From an uncultured bacterium (GTDB lineage Bacteria > Desulfobacterota_D > UBA1144 > Nemesobacterales > UBA2774), in NCBI GenBank assembly GCA_963705505.1, contig CAVPJU010000003.1, positions 160,001-224,000 of the forward strand: a stretch of DNA of 64,000 bases, written 5' to 3'. Shown here in pieces: positions 1 to 12,885 of this stretch. Numbering within the stretch: position 1 is the stretch's first letter; each line of letters opens with the position of its first letter. The notes below the pieces were generated by a model. The model had not been told where the DNA came from. It did no database searches and saw only the letters and a program-made list of their open reading frames with translations. Position numbers and translations under genes: made by a program.

Positions 1-469
1 CGACAGGGGTGTCGCCGATCATCTGTACGACCTCCTTCTCCATCCAGGCGTCCCTCGATACCGGCACGGAGCCGGGCGCGTCGACGGCATGGACCGAGAG
101 GCACTTTCCGGCTTTGATCTGCCCGCTGAAATCGGTCAGCATCTGCCTGTAAGCGTCGCTCTCCACTATGTCGTTGATCTGAATTTGAGAAACGGGGACC
201 TCTCCCTTCATGGCGCTGTCGAGAACCGACTGCTGGTCTGAGGAAATCTCGAGCCCCACTTTAAGACACCCTCCCCCGTTCAGATATTCGGTTACTGTCT
301 TCGAAAAAAACTTCTCCGATTCGGGCTGCCCGTAGGATTCCCCGATGACGAGCACCTGCTTGCTGCCGAGCAGGAACGGGAGCGAGGTCTTATCCTGCTG
401 CGCAGACGAAGCGCCCGTGAATCCGACGTACAATAATCCCGCAAATAACAAACCATAAAACACACGCAT
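1..469 (-). CDS. Exported protein, possible EreA/ChaN-like fold (3' end runs off the window)
   Basis: Hand-translated, not in ORF track: ATG at 469, MRVFYGLLFAGLLYVGFTGASSAQQ (signal-peptide-like), then VLVIGESY, VGLEI, RDAWM; open to position 1. Confidence 0.6.
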   Translation of the reverse strand, partial: MRVFYGLLFAGLLYVGFTGASSAQQDKTSLPFLLGSKQVLVIGESYGQPESEKFFSKTVTEYLNGGGCLKVGLEISSDQQSVLDSAMKGEVPVSQIQINDIVESDAYRQMLTDFSGQIKAGKCLSVHAVDAPGSVPVSRDAWMEKEVVQMIGDTPV

Positions 470-728
470 AATGTCACCCGCTTTTACGTTTTTCATCGAT
501 CATAACAAGTTTTTCGCTGCCGATAAAGTGCCAATATCGCTAAGTATATAACCAAAAGAGACCGAAACATAAAAGGATACGGTGCCGCCCCTCCATTCTC
601 CTTTTATCGACAGTTCCGAATTCCCCGCCTGAATGTAAGCCGCCCGGAAGATAGAAATCAGGGTTTAAACAGACCGGAAATTTTAGTGATGGTACCGGAT
701 ACATGTTAAGAAATTATTAAGAGAAAAC

Positions 729-1526
729 CTACACGCCCCGCCACACAGGGTCTCGCTTTTCTAAAAACGCGTCTATCCCCTCTTCCGCGTCCCGCGCCAT
801 CATATTTTCGACCATCACGCGGCTGCAGTACTCGTAAGCGCTGCGAAGGTCCTTATCCGCCTGCTCGTAGAACGCCTTTTTGCCGATCTTAAGCGTAAGG
901 GGGGATTTCGATGAAATTCTCTCCGCCAGCCCGTCAGCAGCGCTGTCGAGCTCGGGAGAAGGCACGACCCGGTTTATGAGCCCGATTTCGTATGCCCGGC
1001 GCGCGGAAATGAAATCCCCGGTTAGCAGCATTTCCATCGCGTGCTTTCTCGAGACATTACGCGAGAGAGCCACCATGGGAGTCGAGCAGAAAAGGCCTAT
1101 ATTTACTCCGGGAGTCGAGAACCTCGCGTTCTCGTCGGCGACCGCGAGATCGCACGTCGCGACGAGCTGACACCCGGCGGCGCTGGCCGCACCGTGGACT
1201 TTCGCGATCACGGGCTTTGGACAGTTAACTATAGAGAGCATCATACGCGAGCATGCCTCAAAGGTCTTCTCGTAAAAATCCCTTCCGGGGTTTCTCCTCA
1301 TCTCTTTAAGGTCGTGCCCCGCACAAAACCCCTTGCCCGCGCCCGACAAAATTACGACCCTGACATTTTCATCGAGGGCTATGGACTCGAACTCCGAGGT
1401 CAGCGCCTCCATACATGCAAGCGAGAGGGAGTTATAAGAGCCGGGCCTGTTCAGGACCAGCCCCGAAACAGCTCCGTTATCGTTTCTGATTACGAGTTCT
1501 TCCGAGCTTTTCTCTGCCAAAGGCAT
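729..1526 (-). CDS. Enoyl-CoA hydratase/isomerase (crotonase) family protein
   Basis: Motifs FCAGHDL, AAGCQLVATCD, TPGVNIGLF; likely start MPLAEK at 1526 with GGAG SD. Confidence 0.9.
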   Translation of the reverse strand: MPLAEKSSEELVIRNDNGAVSGLVLNRPGSYNSLSLACMEALTSEFESIALDENVRVVILSGAGKGFCAGHDLKEMRRNPGRDFYEKTFEACSRMMLSIVNCPKPVIAKVHGAASAAGCQLVATCDLAVADENARFSTPGVNIGLFCSTPMVALSRNVSRKHAMEMLLTGDFISARRAYEIGLINRVVPSPELDSAADGLAERISSKSPLTLKIGKKAFYEQADKDLRSAYEYCSRVMVENMMARDAEEGIDAFLEKRDPVWRGV

Positions 1527-1645
1527 ATAGTGCTTTCTCCGGTGGGGGTCGATCTTTATTTTAGTATATATGGAAAAAACGGGTGAGTTCAAATAGCAAG
1601 GTAATAATGTGAAGTTGATTTCAGGAAAGATTCTGCTTATACCGG

Positions 1646-1903
1646 TCAGTCGAGTCTTACCCGGTCGGTCAGTACGGTTACCTTATCGTCCCTTACCTCG
1701 GCGATCCCGCCTTCGACGATCATCTTTTTCTCATGAGAGCCTTTCTTATACCTGAGCTCCCCTTCGGCAAGGATCGTAATAAAGGGCACGTGCCCGGGCA
1801 GAACTCCGAATTCACCGACCTCGCCGGGTGCAACCACCTCGTCCACTCTTTCGTCCACGACGAGCTTCATCGGTGTTATTACTTGCAGAAGAATGTCCGC
1901 CAA
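1646..1903 (-). CDS. atpC: F1 ATP synthase epsilon subunit (short form)
   Basis: PGEVGEFGVLPGHVP motif; last gene after atpD; 85 aa. Confidence 0.93.
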   Translation of the reverse strand: MADILLQVITPMKLVVDERVDEVVAPGEVGEFGVLPGHVPFITILAEGELRYKKGSHEKKMIVEGGIAEVRDDKVTVLTDRVRLD

Positions 1904-1999
1904 TTTTATATCTCCTCGAAATCCGCTACTCTTTAAAAAACACCTTTACCGTGATTACACGGAGGCGAGCCTGCCCGCCCCCGGTTCCGGATTCTATTT

Positions 2000-4310
<2,311 letters not shown>

Positions 4311-4344
4311 TTTATTTGGTCTCGATTGTCAGGTTATTGGAAAT

Positions 4345-5883
<1,539 letters not shown>

Positions 5884-5893
5884 TTAGGGGGTT

Positions 5894-6436
5894 TCAGGAC
5901 CGCGTGAGGACGTTTCTCACTCTCTCAAGCTGGGTCTTTATACTACCATCGAACACTTTATCTTCAACCTTTGTAATTATTCCGCCGATTATTCCCGGAT
6001 CGACCTTTGACGTAACCTCGATGTCCTGTCCGATCGCCTTGGTCAATGCGCTTTTTATCCTCGCGAGATCGGATTCCGAAGGCTCCGTCGCCATAATGAC
6101 TTCCGCCCTCAGTCTGCCCGAGGCTTTCCTCAGCTTCTGAACGACCGTCTGCTCGGATTTTACGAGCGATTTAACCTTATCGAGCTCGATCGCGAGCGTC
6201 AGGAAATTGACGGTCAGCTTATCGTAGCCCTTCCTCGCCCCGATATCGTCCACGATCCCCTTCCTTTCCTGAAAATCGAAAGTCGAGCTCCAGAGTATGT
6301 TCCTCACCTCTTCCGTACCGGAGAGTAATTTAAAAAAATCCTCGAGGTCCGAAGTCACACGGTCGAGCTTTCCTTCTTCCCTCGCGCTCTCTATGAGCGC
6401 CTCCGTAAGGTCTCTCAGTGTTGCGATTGATGCCAT
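5894..6436 (-). CDS. atpH: ATP synthase delta subunit
   Basis: C-terminal VDPGIIGG...VFDGSIKTQL; immediately upstream of atpA. Confidence 0.93.
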   Translation of the reverse strand: MASIATLRDLTEALIESAREEGKLDRVTSDLEDFFKLLSGTEEVRNILWSSTFDFQERKGIVDDIGARKGYDKLTVNFLTLAIELDKVKSLVKSEQTVVQKLRKASGRLRAEVIMATEPSESDLARIKSALTKAIGQDIEVTSKVDPGIIGGIITKVEDKVFDGSIKTQLERVRNVLTRS

Positions 6437-6969
6437 TTTTCTTCCTCTATATTTTTGGTGAATTCCTCGACGAACCTTTCCTTATCGGAATCGCCCAGGC
6501 TCCGCCTGATTATCGTTTCCGCGTTCCCGAGCGCCAGGTTTACGACTTCAGACTGAATCTCGCGCTTGGCGCGTTCCGTCTGGAGCGCTATCGTCTCCCT
6601 CGCCTCCTTTCTTATAATCTCGGAAGCCGATTCGGCCTGCTTCAAGAGCTCGCTCCTCTCGGACTCTCCCTGCTTACGGAGCGTATCTTTCAGGGAATTA
6701 ATCTCCGTCTCGATCGCCTGAAGCTTCCTGGCAAATTCCTCGTACTTGGACTTCGCCTCCCCGATCGTCTTCTGAGCCACATCGATCTCGTGCCCGATCG
6801 TGCCGCGTCTTTCCACGAGGAAATTCTTTATCGGGGTCTTAAGGAAATACACGAGCACGCCTAGGAGAATTATCAGGTTGACGGTGTGCTCCATTACGAA
6901 CCGCCAGTTAAACGCCTCGGGCTCCGAGGCGGCTGTGAGGAGAAGATTGATTATTCCGTATTCCGTCAT
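6415..6969 (-). CDS. atpF: Fo ATP synthase subunit b
   Basis: One N-terminal TM segment followed by a long charged coiled coil; operon position. Confidence 0.88.
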   Translation of the reverse strand: MTEYGIINLLLTAASEPEAFNWRFVMEHTVNLIILLGVLVYFLKTPIKNFLVERRGTIGHEIDVAQKTIGEAKSKYEEFARKLQAIETEINSLKDTLRKQGESERSELLKQAESASEIIRKEARETIALQTERAKREIQSEVVNLALGNAETIIRRSLGDSDKERFVEEFTKNIEEEKWHQSQH

Positions 6970-7478
6970 ACACCGGCCTCCCTGCCCAAGATCCTGGACG
7001 CAATTTCCTTCGACAGCATCTGAACGTCGCCCTTAAGCTTCTCTTTTATCACTTCCGACTCCGACTCCAGCTTCTTTTTCGCTTCGTCCAGGAGTCCCGC
7101 TGTCTCCTCCCTGGTTTTCGAAATAATTCCGCTTGCGGCGGCCTCGGCCTCGCGGACTATTTTATTCCGCTCCTCCTGGGCCTGAGCCCTGGCGTCATTA
7201 AGCTTCGCTTCGTATTCGAGAATTATCTCCTTAACCTTCTCTTCGAGCTCTTTGGCTTCCCCGATCGCCCCTTTCGTGAGCTTCTCGCGCCTGTCGATAA
7301 GCTCCATGAAGGGTTTGAAAACGAGCGTGTTCAGAATGAATATTGCGGCGATAAATATTACTATCTGGATGATTACGGTTTTGTTAACGCTCAGCAGGTC
7401 TTCGGCTGCGAAGGCTTGAGACGCGGATATGAGCAGTAACATCAAAGAGACCGCAGAGACAAATTTCTTTTGTTTCAT
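6966..7478 (-). CDS. atpF: Fo ATP synthase subunit b'
   Basis: IIQIVIF...LNTLVFKP...R then coiled coil; second b-type gene, as in two-b-subunit operons. Confidence 0.85.
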   Translation of the reverse strand: MKQKKFVSAVSLMLLLISASQAFAAEDLLSVNKTVIIQIVIFIAAIFILNTLVFKPFMELIDRREKLTKGAIGEAKELEEKVKEIILEYEAKLNDARAQAQEERNKIVREAEAAASGIISKTREETAGLLDEAKKKLESESEVIKEKLKGDVQMLSKEIASRILGREAGV

Positions 7479-7514
7479 GATTCCGATATCTCCTTTACGT
7501 GTGTGTGGCGCAGG

Positions 7515-7922
7515 CTACACCGTCTTCGTATCTCCCGCAAAAGCGATTTTGAGGAGAGGGGGAGCAATAAAAGCAGTCAGCATTACCATAACCGTTCCAG
7601 CAGAAAAAAGCTCCGAATTGAATACGCAGCGACCAAGACCTGTTTGCGAGGAAATATGCCCTGCTTTTCCCCGGGGAATCGCCCCGGACCCGCCGGCGGC
7701 TTTATTTACGCCATACTGAACTGAAACCCCGCCGTTAACAAATTTACCCACTGCAGCGGCAATGAAAAGTACCCCTGAAGCTATCAGTACGGGGATAATT
7801 TTAATGACAACGGGATTTAACACGCCTGAATCCGCCGCCCTACCCATAATCGAGAGTATGTATATGAGTGCGAATGCAAAAAAGAACTTTTCTATGGTGT
7901 TATGGTTTCCTTCTAAACTCAT
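7515..7922 (-). pseudogene. Remnant of a CPA2-family cation/H+ antiporter (internally deleted, degenerate)
   Basis: Only 135 aa; AAAVGKFV and AIPRGKAG...ELFSAGTVMVMLTAFIAPPLLK resemble the last helices of CPA2 antiporters (GK motif, PRGE here PRGK). Confidence 0.6.
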
Positions 7923-7967
7923 TTATGGGCTTAATTCCTTAAGGGCAGAAAATTAAAAAAACGAAAG

Positions 7968-7996
7968 TATTTAACATGAAATCATAGGAGTGTCAA
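7968..7996 (-). promoter_or_regulatory. Candidate sigma70 promoter upstream of the antiporter remnant and atp operon
   Basis: Minus strand TTGACA-N17-TAAATA with TG upstream of an imperfect -10. Confidence 0.4.
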
Positions 7997-8132
7997 ACAA
8001 TTTAACCGCACATACACAATCCGGCAGAGAATCAGCTCTCACTTTACCGTTGTCCGAAACTTATTAATATCCCCGCAGGGGACAATGAGGATGAGAAAAC
8101 GCGGACCGTACGAAAAGTCCGTGCCCCCCGGC

Positions 8133-9092
8133 TTAAGCTATACCCTTTTCCTTATTAAATTTATCGAGCTCTATATCGTACTCGGTATAAATCCCGAGGG
8201 AATGGAGGAATTCATTTGCCTCTTCCAGGCTCTTTGCCTTGGATACGGAGCGTGAAAGGCCCGACAGCTTTTCATAGAGCACGCCGGCAGAGAAGTAATA
8301 TGTGACAGTGGATGACATGGAGAGGCTCACCTGTCTCCTCCCGCTCCTTATGCTCGTATCGGAGAACTCCCCCTTTGCATAGAGCGTCGGCATACGGCTT
8401 GCCTCGGTAGGAACTACGGAGATCAGTTTTTCGAGGAGTCCTAGCGCCTCTTTCGTAATCCCCCAGCTGCCGAGGAGCGCCCCTTCCCTCGCAAGTATGG
8501 CCATCGACCTCTCGAGCTCCTCATGAGTGAGCTCCCCGTCGCTCCCGAACCCGAAGAGTCCCATCACGGTCGGAATCCTCTTTTCAATAATTGCGAACGC
8601 AGCGGTCATTATGGAGTCGGCGAGGGGGCTCATAAGGCCGGGCTCGTTCCCGAGCGCGAGCAAATCCCCTCCGACGTCTATGCCGACTATCAAATCCGCG
8701 CCCAGTTCATGCGCAGCATGGAGTATCCCTTCCGCGACGGCCTCGGGGCCCGGGTGTATGTCCACCAAAAGCGTTTCGACCCCCAGAACCTCGGCGACGC
8801 CCGATTCGGCGAACCTTACTCCGGTGCTTGTGACGGTGTCCTTATTGGCGAACCAGACGACTTCGTTCAGCTTACGGGCGTTTCTTACCTCGTCGAACTT
8901 CCGGGGGCCGGGCATGGGGTCGATGACGGACCTCTCCCAGGAGAGACCGCCGAAAACGCATTCGACGCCGAACATTCCCAGCAGGTCGGCAGTGGGTATA
9001 GTACCTACGATGTCCCCGCCGCCGCCGATGCCGATGAGTATGGCTTTATTCGATTTCGAGATTATATGTTTAAGTGACAGGTTCCCTGACAA
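8133..9092 (-). CDS. DUF1152-family protein
   Basis: GIGGGGDI, IDVGGD, SPLAD and GSDGEL motifs. Confidence 0.75.
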   Translation of the reverse strand: MSGNLSLKHIISKSNKAILIGIGGGGDIVGTIPTADLLGMFGVECVFGGLSWERSVIDPMPGPRKFDEVRNARKLNEVVWFANKDTVTSTGVRFAESGVAEVLGVETLLVDIHPGPEAVAEGILHAAHELGADLIVGIDVGGDLLALGNEPGLMSPLADSIMTAAFAIIEKRIPTVMGLFGFGSDGELTHEELERSMAILAREGALLGSWGITKEALGLLEKLISVVPTEASRMPTLYAKGEFSDTSIRSGRRQVSLSMSSTVTYYFSAGVLYEKLSGLSRSVSKAKSLEEANEFLHSLGIYTEYDIELDKFNKEKGIA

Positions 9093-9198
9093 GCTCCCGC
9101 TCCAATTTCATTTATATCGGAATCCGCGCAATATAATCTACTGAAAGATGGGCAACTTTCAATCAATTTGTGTTGTAAGGGAATCAGACCGCGGGTGC

Positions 9199-9348
9199 CT
9201 ATGAGGGATTTACGACCCGGGCTCTTCGAGAAGTATAAAAAGGACGTTGTCGCTGAAAGCGGGGGATTTGGTCAGCCCCAGGTTCGGCCTTCGCACAGGC
9301 CATTAATACCGCAAAAGATGTAAATAGGACCGAAAACAGCTTTTTCAT
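9199..9348 (-). CDS. Small putative lipoprotein (49 aa) or lipoprotein gene remnant
   Basis: Hand-translated MKKLFSVLFTSFAVLMAC-AKAEPG...; lipobox-like LMAC; GGGGGAGG just upstream of ATG. Confidence 0.4.
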   Translation of the reverse strand: MKKLFSVLFTSFAVLMACAKAEPGADQIPRFQRQRPFYTSRRARVVNPS

Positions 9349-9610
9349 GGCCTCCCCCACCTTGATCCCGCTTAATTTCTGATACGCCTGTTAGCTTCAG
9401 ACGAAATATGAATGAAATTGGATTTATATATTTGGCCGGATATAGCAGAGCCTTCCGACTCTGCTCGTTGGCTCTCGGATTATGTATTCAGGCTGATAGA
9501 TTCATGTTTCGATAAACTTGGGATTGGATCGAGGCCGGAAACTGAAATTATTTTAGACAGAGCTCCGCCCTCTAAAAAGATTTCGTTCAACTTCCGTTGC
9601 TATGATATTT

Positions 9611-9877
9611 TTATTCGGCGAACCGGATACCGAGCCTGACCTGCGTTATCGCCTGGTTGACAAGCTCTAAAGCCTGAACCCTGTGCCCGCCCTTATCGGG
9701 GGACGATACTTCCAGGTTGATCCGAGCCGCATGCAGATTACCGAGCGCCTGCTCCATGTTCGGCTGATAACCGGGCTGGGCATTCGCTTCCCTGAACATA
9801 TTGAATGTCCCCATAAGGACCGCGGCAAAGAGAACGCCCGCTAAAAACGGCAGTGAAACTTTTATTATCCTCGACAT
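9611..9877 (-). CDS. Small secreted helical protein of unknown function
   Basis: Signal peptide ending ANA-Q; QPNMEQAL...DKGGHRVQALELV; AGGAG SD. Confidence 0.75.
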   Translation of the reverse strand: MSRIIKVSLPFLAGVLFAAVLMGTFNMFREANAQPGYQPNMEQALGNLHAARINLEVSSPDKGGHRVQALELVNQAITQVRLGIRFAE

Positions 9878-9972
9878 GACGACTCTCCTTATTGAAATGG
9901 AATTTATAGAAATAATAAAGCAGTTGATTAATTACCGCAAGTCGAATTCACTGACCGGAGACTGCACAAACA

Positions 9973-11691
9973 TTACCGCTTGACCTTGTACCCCGCCTTC
10001 TCTCTGTCCCAGGTATCTTTGGTGATCCCCATCTCACGCAGCTTATTCTTCTGAACCCTTTCCGTCCCCGTTTTGGGCAGTGTAGCTTCAAACCTCACGA
10101 ATCTCGGGAGCATGAAGTGAGGCATCCTGGGCTCGAGATATTCCATGAGACCGTGCGGCTCGACTTTCTTGCCCTTCTTGAGGACAACGAAGATCATGAC
10201 CTCGTCCTCGGCGTACCTCCCGCCCTCCGCCTTAATGCCTATTACACCGCACTCCTCGACTTCGGGGTGGGAGCTCACTATCTTCTCGACCTCGAACGAG
10301 CTTATATTCTCGCCCCTCCTCCTGATATAGTCCTTCACCCTGTCCACGAAATATATATACCCTTCCTTGTCCATCATTCCCGCGTCCCCCGTATGGAACC
10401 AGAAGTTCCTGAAATCCTGAACGGTTTTCTCGGGCATCTTGTTGTAGAAGTGGAGCATTATATTGGGTGTTCTAGGGCGGACTATAATCTCGCCCACGTG
10501 ACCCCTCGGGACCTCCTCGTCCGTCTCCGGGTCAGAGATCTTGATCTCATACCCGGGCGCTTCCTTGCCGCACGAGCCCACCCTGAAAGGCTCGCCGGGC
10601 CTCATCCACGTGCACTGCCCGATCTCCGTAAGCCCGTACCCTTCCATGAACCTGATATTAAAGCGCTCCATGAATTTCTCTATTATGTCGTGAGGCGCCG
10701 GGGAGCCCAGAACGAGCTTTGCCCTGTGCTCCTTCTCCTCGGGCACCGGGGGGGTATTCCACATGAAATAGGCCATAGTACCGACTATGTTGAATTTGGT
10801 CACTCCGTGGTCCTTGATCCATTTCCAGAACTGGCTCGCCGAGTACTTCTCCTCGACGACCACCTTCGCCCCCTTTATGAGCGCGGGGTATACCGACATC
10901 ACCATCGCGTTCGAATGATATAGCGGCAGACAGGTAAAGCAGACGTCTTTGGGTCCCACATCCATGATCTCGGCGTAGTTCCTAGCGCTCGAGTAATCGG
11001 CAGCGCAGGGCCTCACCACCCCTTTTGACCTGCCGGTCGTCCCCGATGTGTACATGAGACGGGCGTAATCCATGAAGGTAACTTCGACACCGGGGTCCGT
11101 GCTCTTCCGGGAAGTTATGAACCCGGCATATGAGATCATGCTCTTAAAATTGAACCCGTGTTTCTCGAATTTATCGCTGCCGCTCCTCGTCCATACTATC
11201 ACATGCTCGAGCTGGGGCAGGTACTTCGCGATGGGAGGCATTCTGTCGAGATATTCCTCCGCTATGAACAGGACCTTTGAATCGGAGCTGTCCAGTATGT
11301 ACTGGAGGAAGTCCATTTTATACGCTGTATTTATGGGGACCATGACGGCGCCGATGGTCAATATGCCGAACCACGTGATTACGTAGTCATCCGAATTAGG
11401 CATATAGACCGCAACTTTCTCACCTTTCTCTATGCCGAGATTGAGGAGCCCGTTTCCGATCTTGTTTGCATACCGGCTTGTTTTAAAAAAGCTCCAGGGC
11501 TTCCTGTAACCGAACTGGAGAAAGGGTTTTTTACCCAGCTTCTTTGCCTGCGCTTTGAGAATCTTGGGAAGCACCCAGTTGCTTTTATCCTGACCCACAT
11601 ACCACTCCACATCGAACTTCCCGTTCTCCCTCTTGTACGTAATCGTGTGCATCAGGTCGCGGCCTTTTTTCCGCTTGAGTTTTGCTGCCAT
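9973..11691 (-). CDS. Acyl-CoA synthetase (CaiC-like AMP-binding enzyme)
   Basis: YTSGTTGRSKG, GYGLTE, WFHTGD, RRRGENISSFEVE; likely start MAAKLK. Confidence 0.9.
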   Translation of the reverse strand: MAAKLKRKKGRDLMHTITYKRENGKFDVEWYVGQDKSNWVLPKILKAQAKKLGKKPFLQFGYRKPWSFFKTSRYANKIGNGLLNLGIEKGEKVAVYMPNSDDYVITWFGILTIGAVMVPINTAYKMDFLQYILDSSDSKVLFIAEEYLDRMPPIAKYLPQLEHVIVWTRSGSDKFEKHGFNFKSMISYAGFITSRKSTDPGVEVTFMDYARLMYTSGTTGRSKGVVRPCAADYSSARNYAEIMDVGPKDVCFTCLPLYHSNAMVMSVYPALIKGAKVVVEEKYSASQFWKWIKDHGVTKFNIVGTMAYFMWNTPPVPEEKEHRAKLVLGSPAPHDIIEKFMERFNIRFMEGYGLTEIGQCTWMRPGEPFRVGSCGKEAPGYEIKISDPETDEEVPRGHVGEIIVRPRTPNIMLHFYNKMPEKTVQDFRNFWFHTGDAGMMDKEGYIYFVDRVKDYIRRRGENISSFEVEKIVSSHPEVEECGVIGIKAEGGRYAEDEVMIFVVLKKGKKVEPHGLMEYLEPRMPHFMLPRFVRFEATLPKTGTERVQKNKLREMGITKDTWDREKAGYKVKR

Positions 11692-11899
11692 TTTTATGTC
11701 CCCTCTCGAGTGCTCTCGAATAATTGATCGCACAAAATTTTAACAGAAACCGATATAAAAAGCCCGCTTATCGATTTCATTTTCTACTTTATTTTTTTAT
11801 GGGGAAAAGTCAAGCTTGTGGAGGCCCTCGCTCGATAACAGTCGACGCCTGAGAAATAATCCGGCGTCGCCGGGCAATCCAGGGTGTTCTCAGAATTCT

Positions 11900-12670
11900 C
11901 TATGAATCCGCACTGTCGGATCCGGACTCCGTCTCTTCGCCTGCGGGCTTCTTTTTCCCGAACATCCACGCCACCAGGATACCGAGCTCATAAAATACCA
12001 GTATGGGGATGAACATCATCATCATCGACAGGGCGTCGGTCGTCGGGGTCAGGACCGCGGCTGCGACGGCGCTCACCAGGATCGCGTACTTCCTTTGTTT
12101 TCTCAGCCATGCGCTGGTCACGATACCGATCTTGGCTAATACAAAGATCACGAGCGGGAACTCGAATATAAGACCGAAGCCCAGAATCAGAGCCATAAAG
12201 AATGAAAGGGCTTCACTGATAGACGGGAACGCCTTTACGTACTCGGACGAATATTCTTTGAGAAGAAATTCGAAAGCCGGAGGGGCCGCGACGTAATAGC
12301 AGAACGATGCGCCGAAGATGAAGAACAATGTCCCGAAGAAAATGAACGGAATGGCTATCTGCTTTTCATGCTTGTAAAGTCCCGGGGCAACGAATTTCCA
12401 GGCCTGATACAGGATAAACGGCACGGCGGCAAACAGCGCCGCAAAAAAAGAAACTTTAAGATAAGTCATGAACCCCTCTGCGGGCATCGTAAATATAAGG
12501 GAACTGCCCTTGGGGAGGTTCGTTATTATAGGGCGCATCAGGAATTCAAAAAGCCGACCGGAAAAGGCGTAAGCCGGTATAAAGCAGACGAGAACGGCAA
12601 GGAGCGACCAGAGTATCCTGCGCCTCAATTCCCCCAGGTGCTCGAGGAACGGCATTTTGGATTCATTCAT
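11900..12670 (-). CDS. tatC: Twin-arginine translocase subunit TatC
   Basis: EHLGELRRR, FVAPGLY, FEFP and LTPTTD motifs; multi-TM. Confidence 0.97.
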   Translation of the reverse strand: MNESKMPFLEHLGELRRRILWSLLAVLVCFIPAYAFSGRLFEFLMRPIITNLPKGSSLIFTMPAEGFMTYLKVSFFAALFAAVPFILYQAWKFVAPGLYKHEKQIAIPFIFFGTLFFIFGASFCYYVAAPPAFEFLLKEYSSEYVKAFPSISEALSFFMALILGFGLIFEFPLVIFVLAKIGIVTSAWLRKQRKYAILVSAVAAAVLTPTTDALSMMMMFIPILVFYELGILVAWMFGKKKPAGEETESGSDSADS

Positions 12671-12811
12671 AGATGGGGCAAAAGCTTAACTCAATAGCGT
12701 ATGGTTCTCAAACAAGAGCGTTTGAATAATATGCCAATGCGGTCTTAAGTTGCCGGAATAATAAAGCCGGGCGCGAGGGTTTGGAGGCGGGATTGTGAAG
12801 AGTCCGTGAAA

Positions 12812-12840
12812 TTGACAACAAATCATAGCTCGCATATATT
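12812..12840 (+). promoter_or_regulatory. sigma70-type promoter for serA-hisZ-purA
   Basis: TTGACA-N17-TATATT. Confidence 0.7.
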
Positions 12841-12885
12841 GTTATCCCGTTAAATTTTATCCCTTTTCAGCTCTTGGAGGACAAA

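Noticed and set aside
9444..9465. AGCAGAG/CTCTGCT hairpin as a terminator
   Set aside because: No U-tract on either strand, and no other copy noticed.
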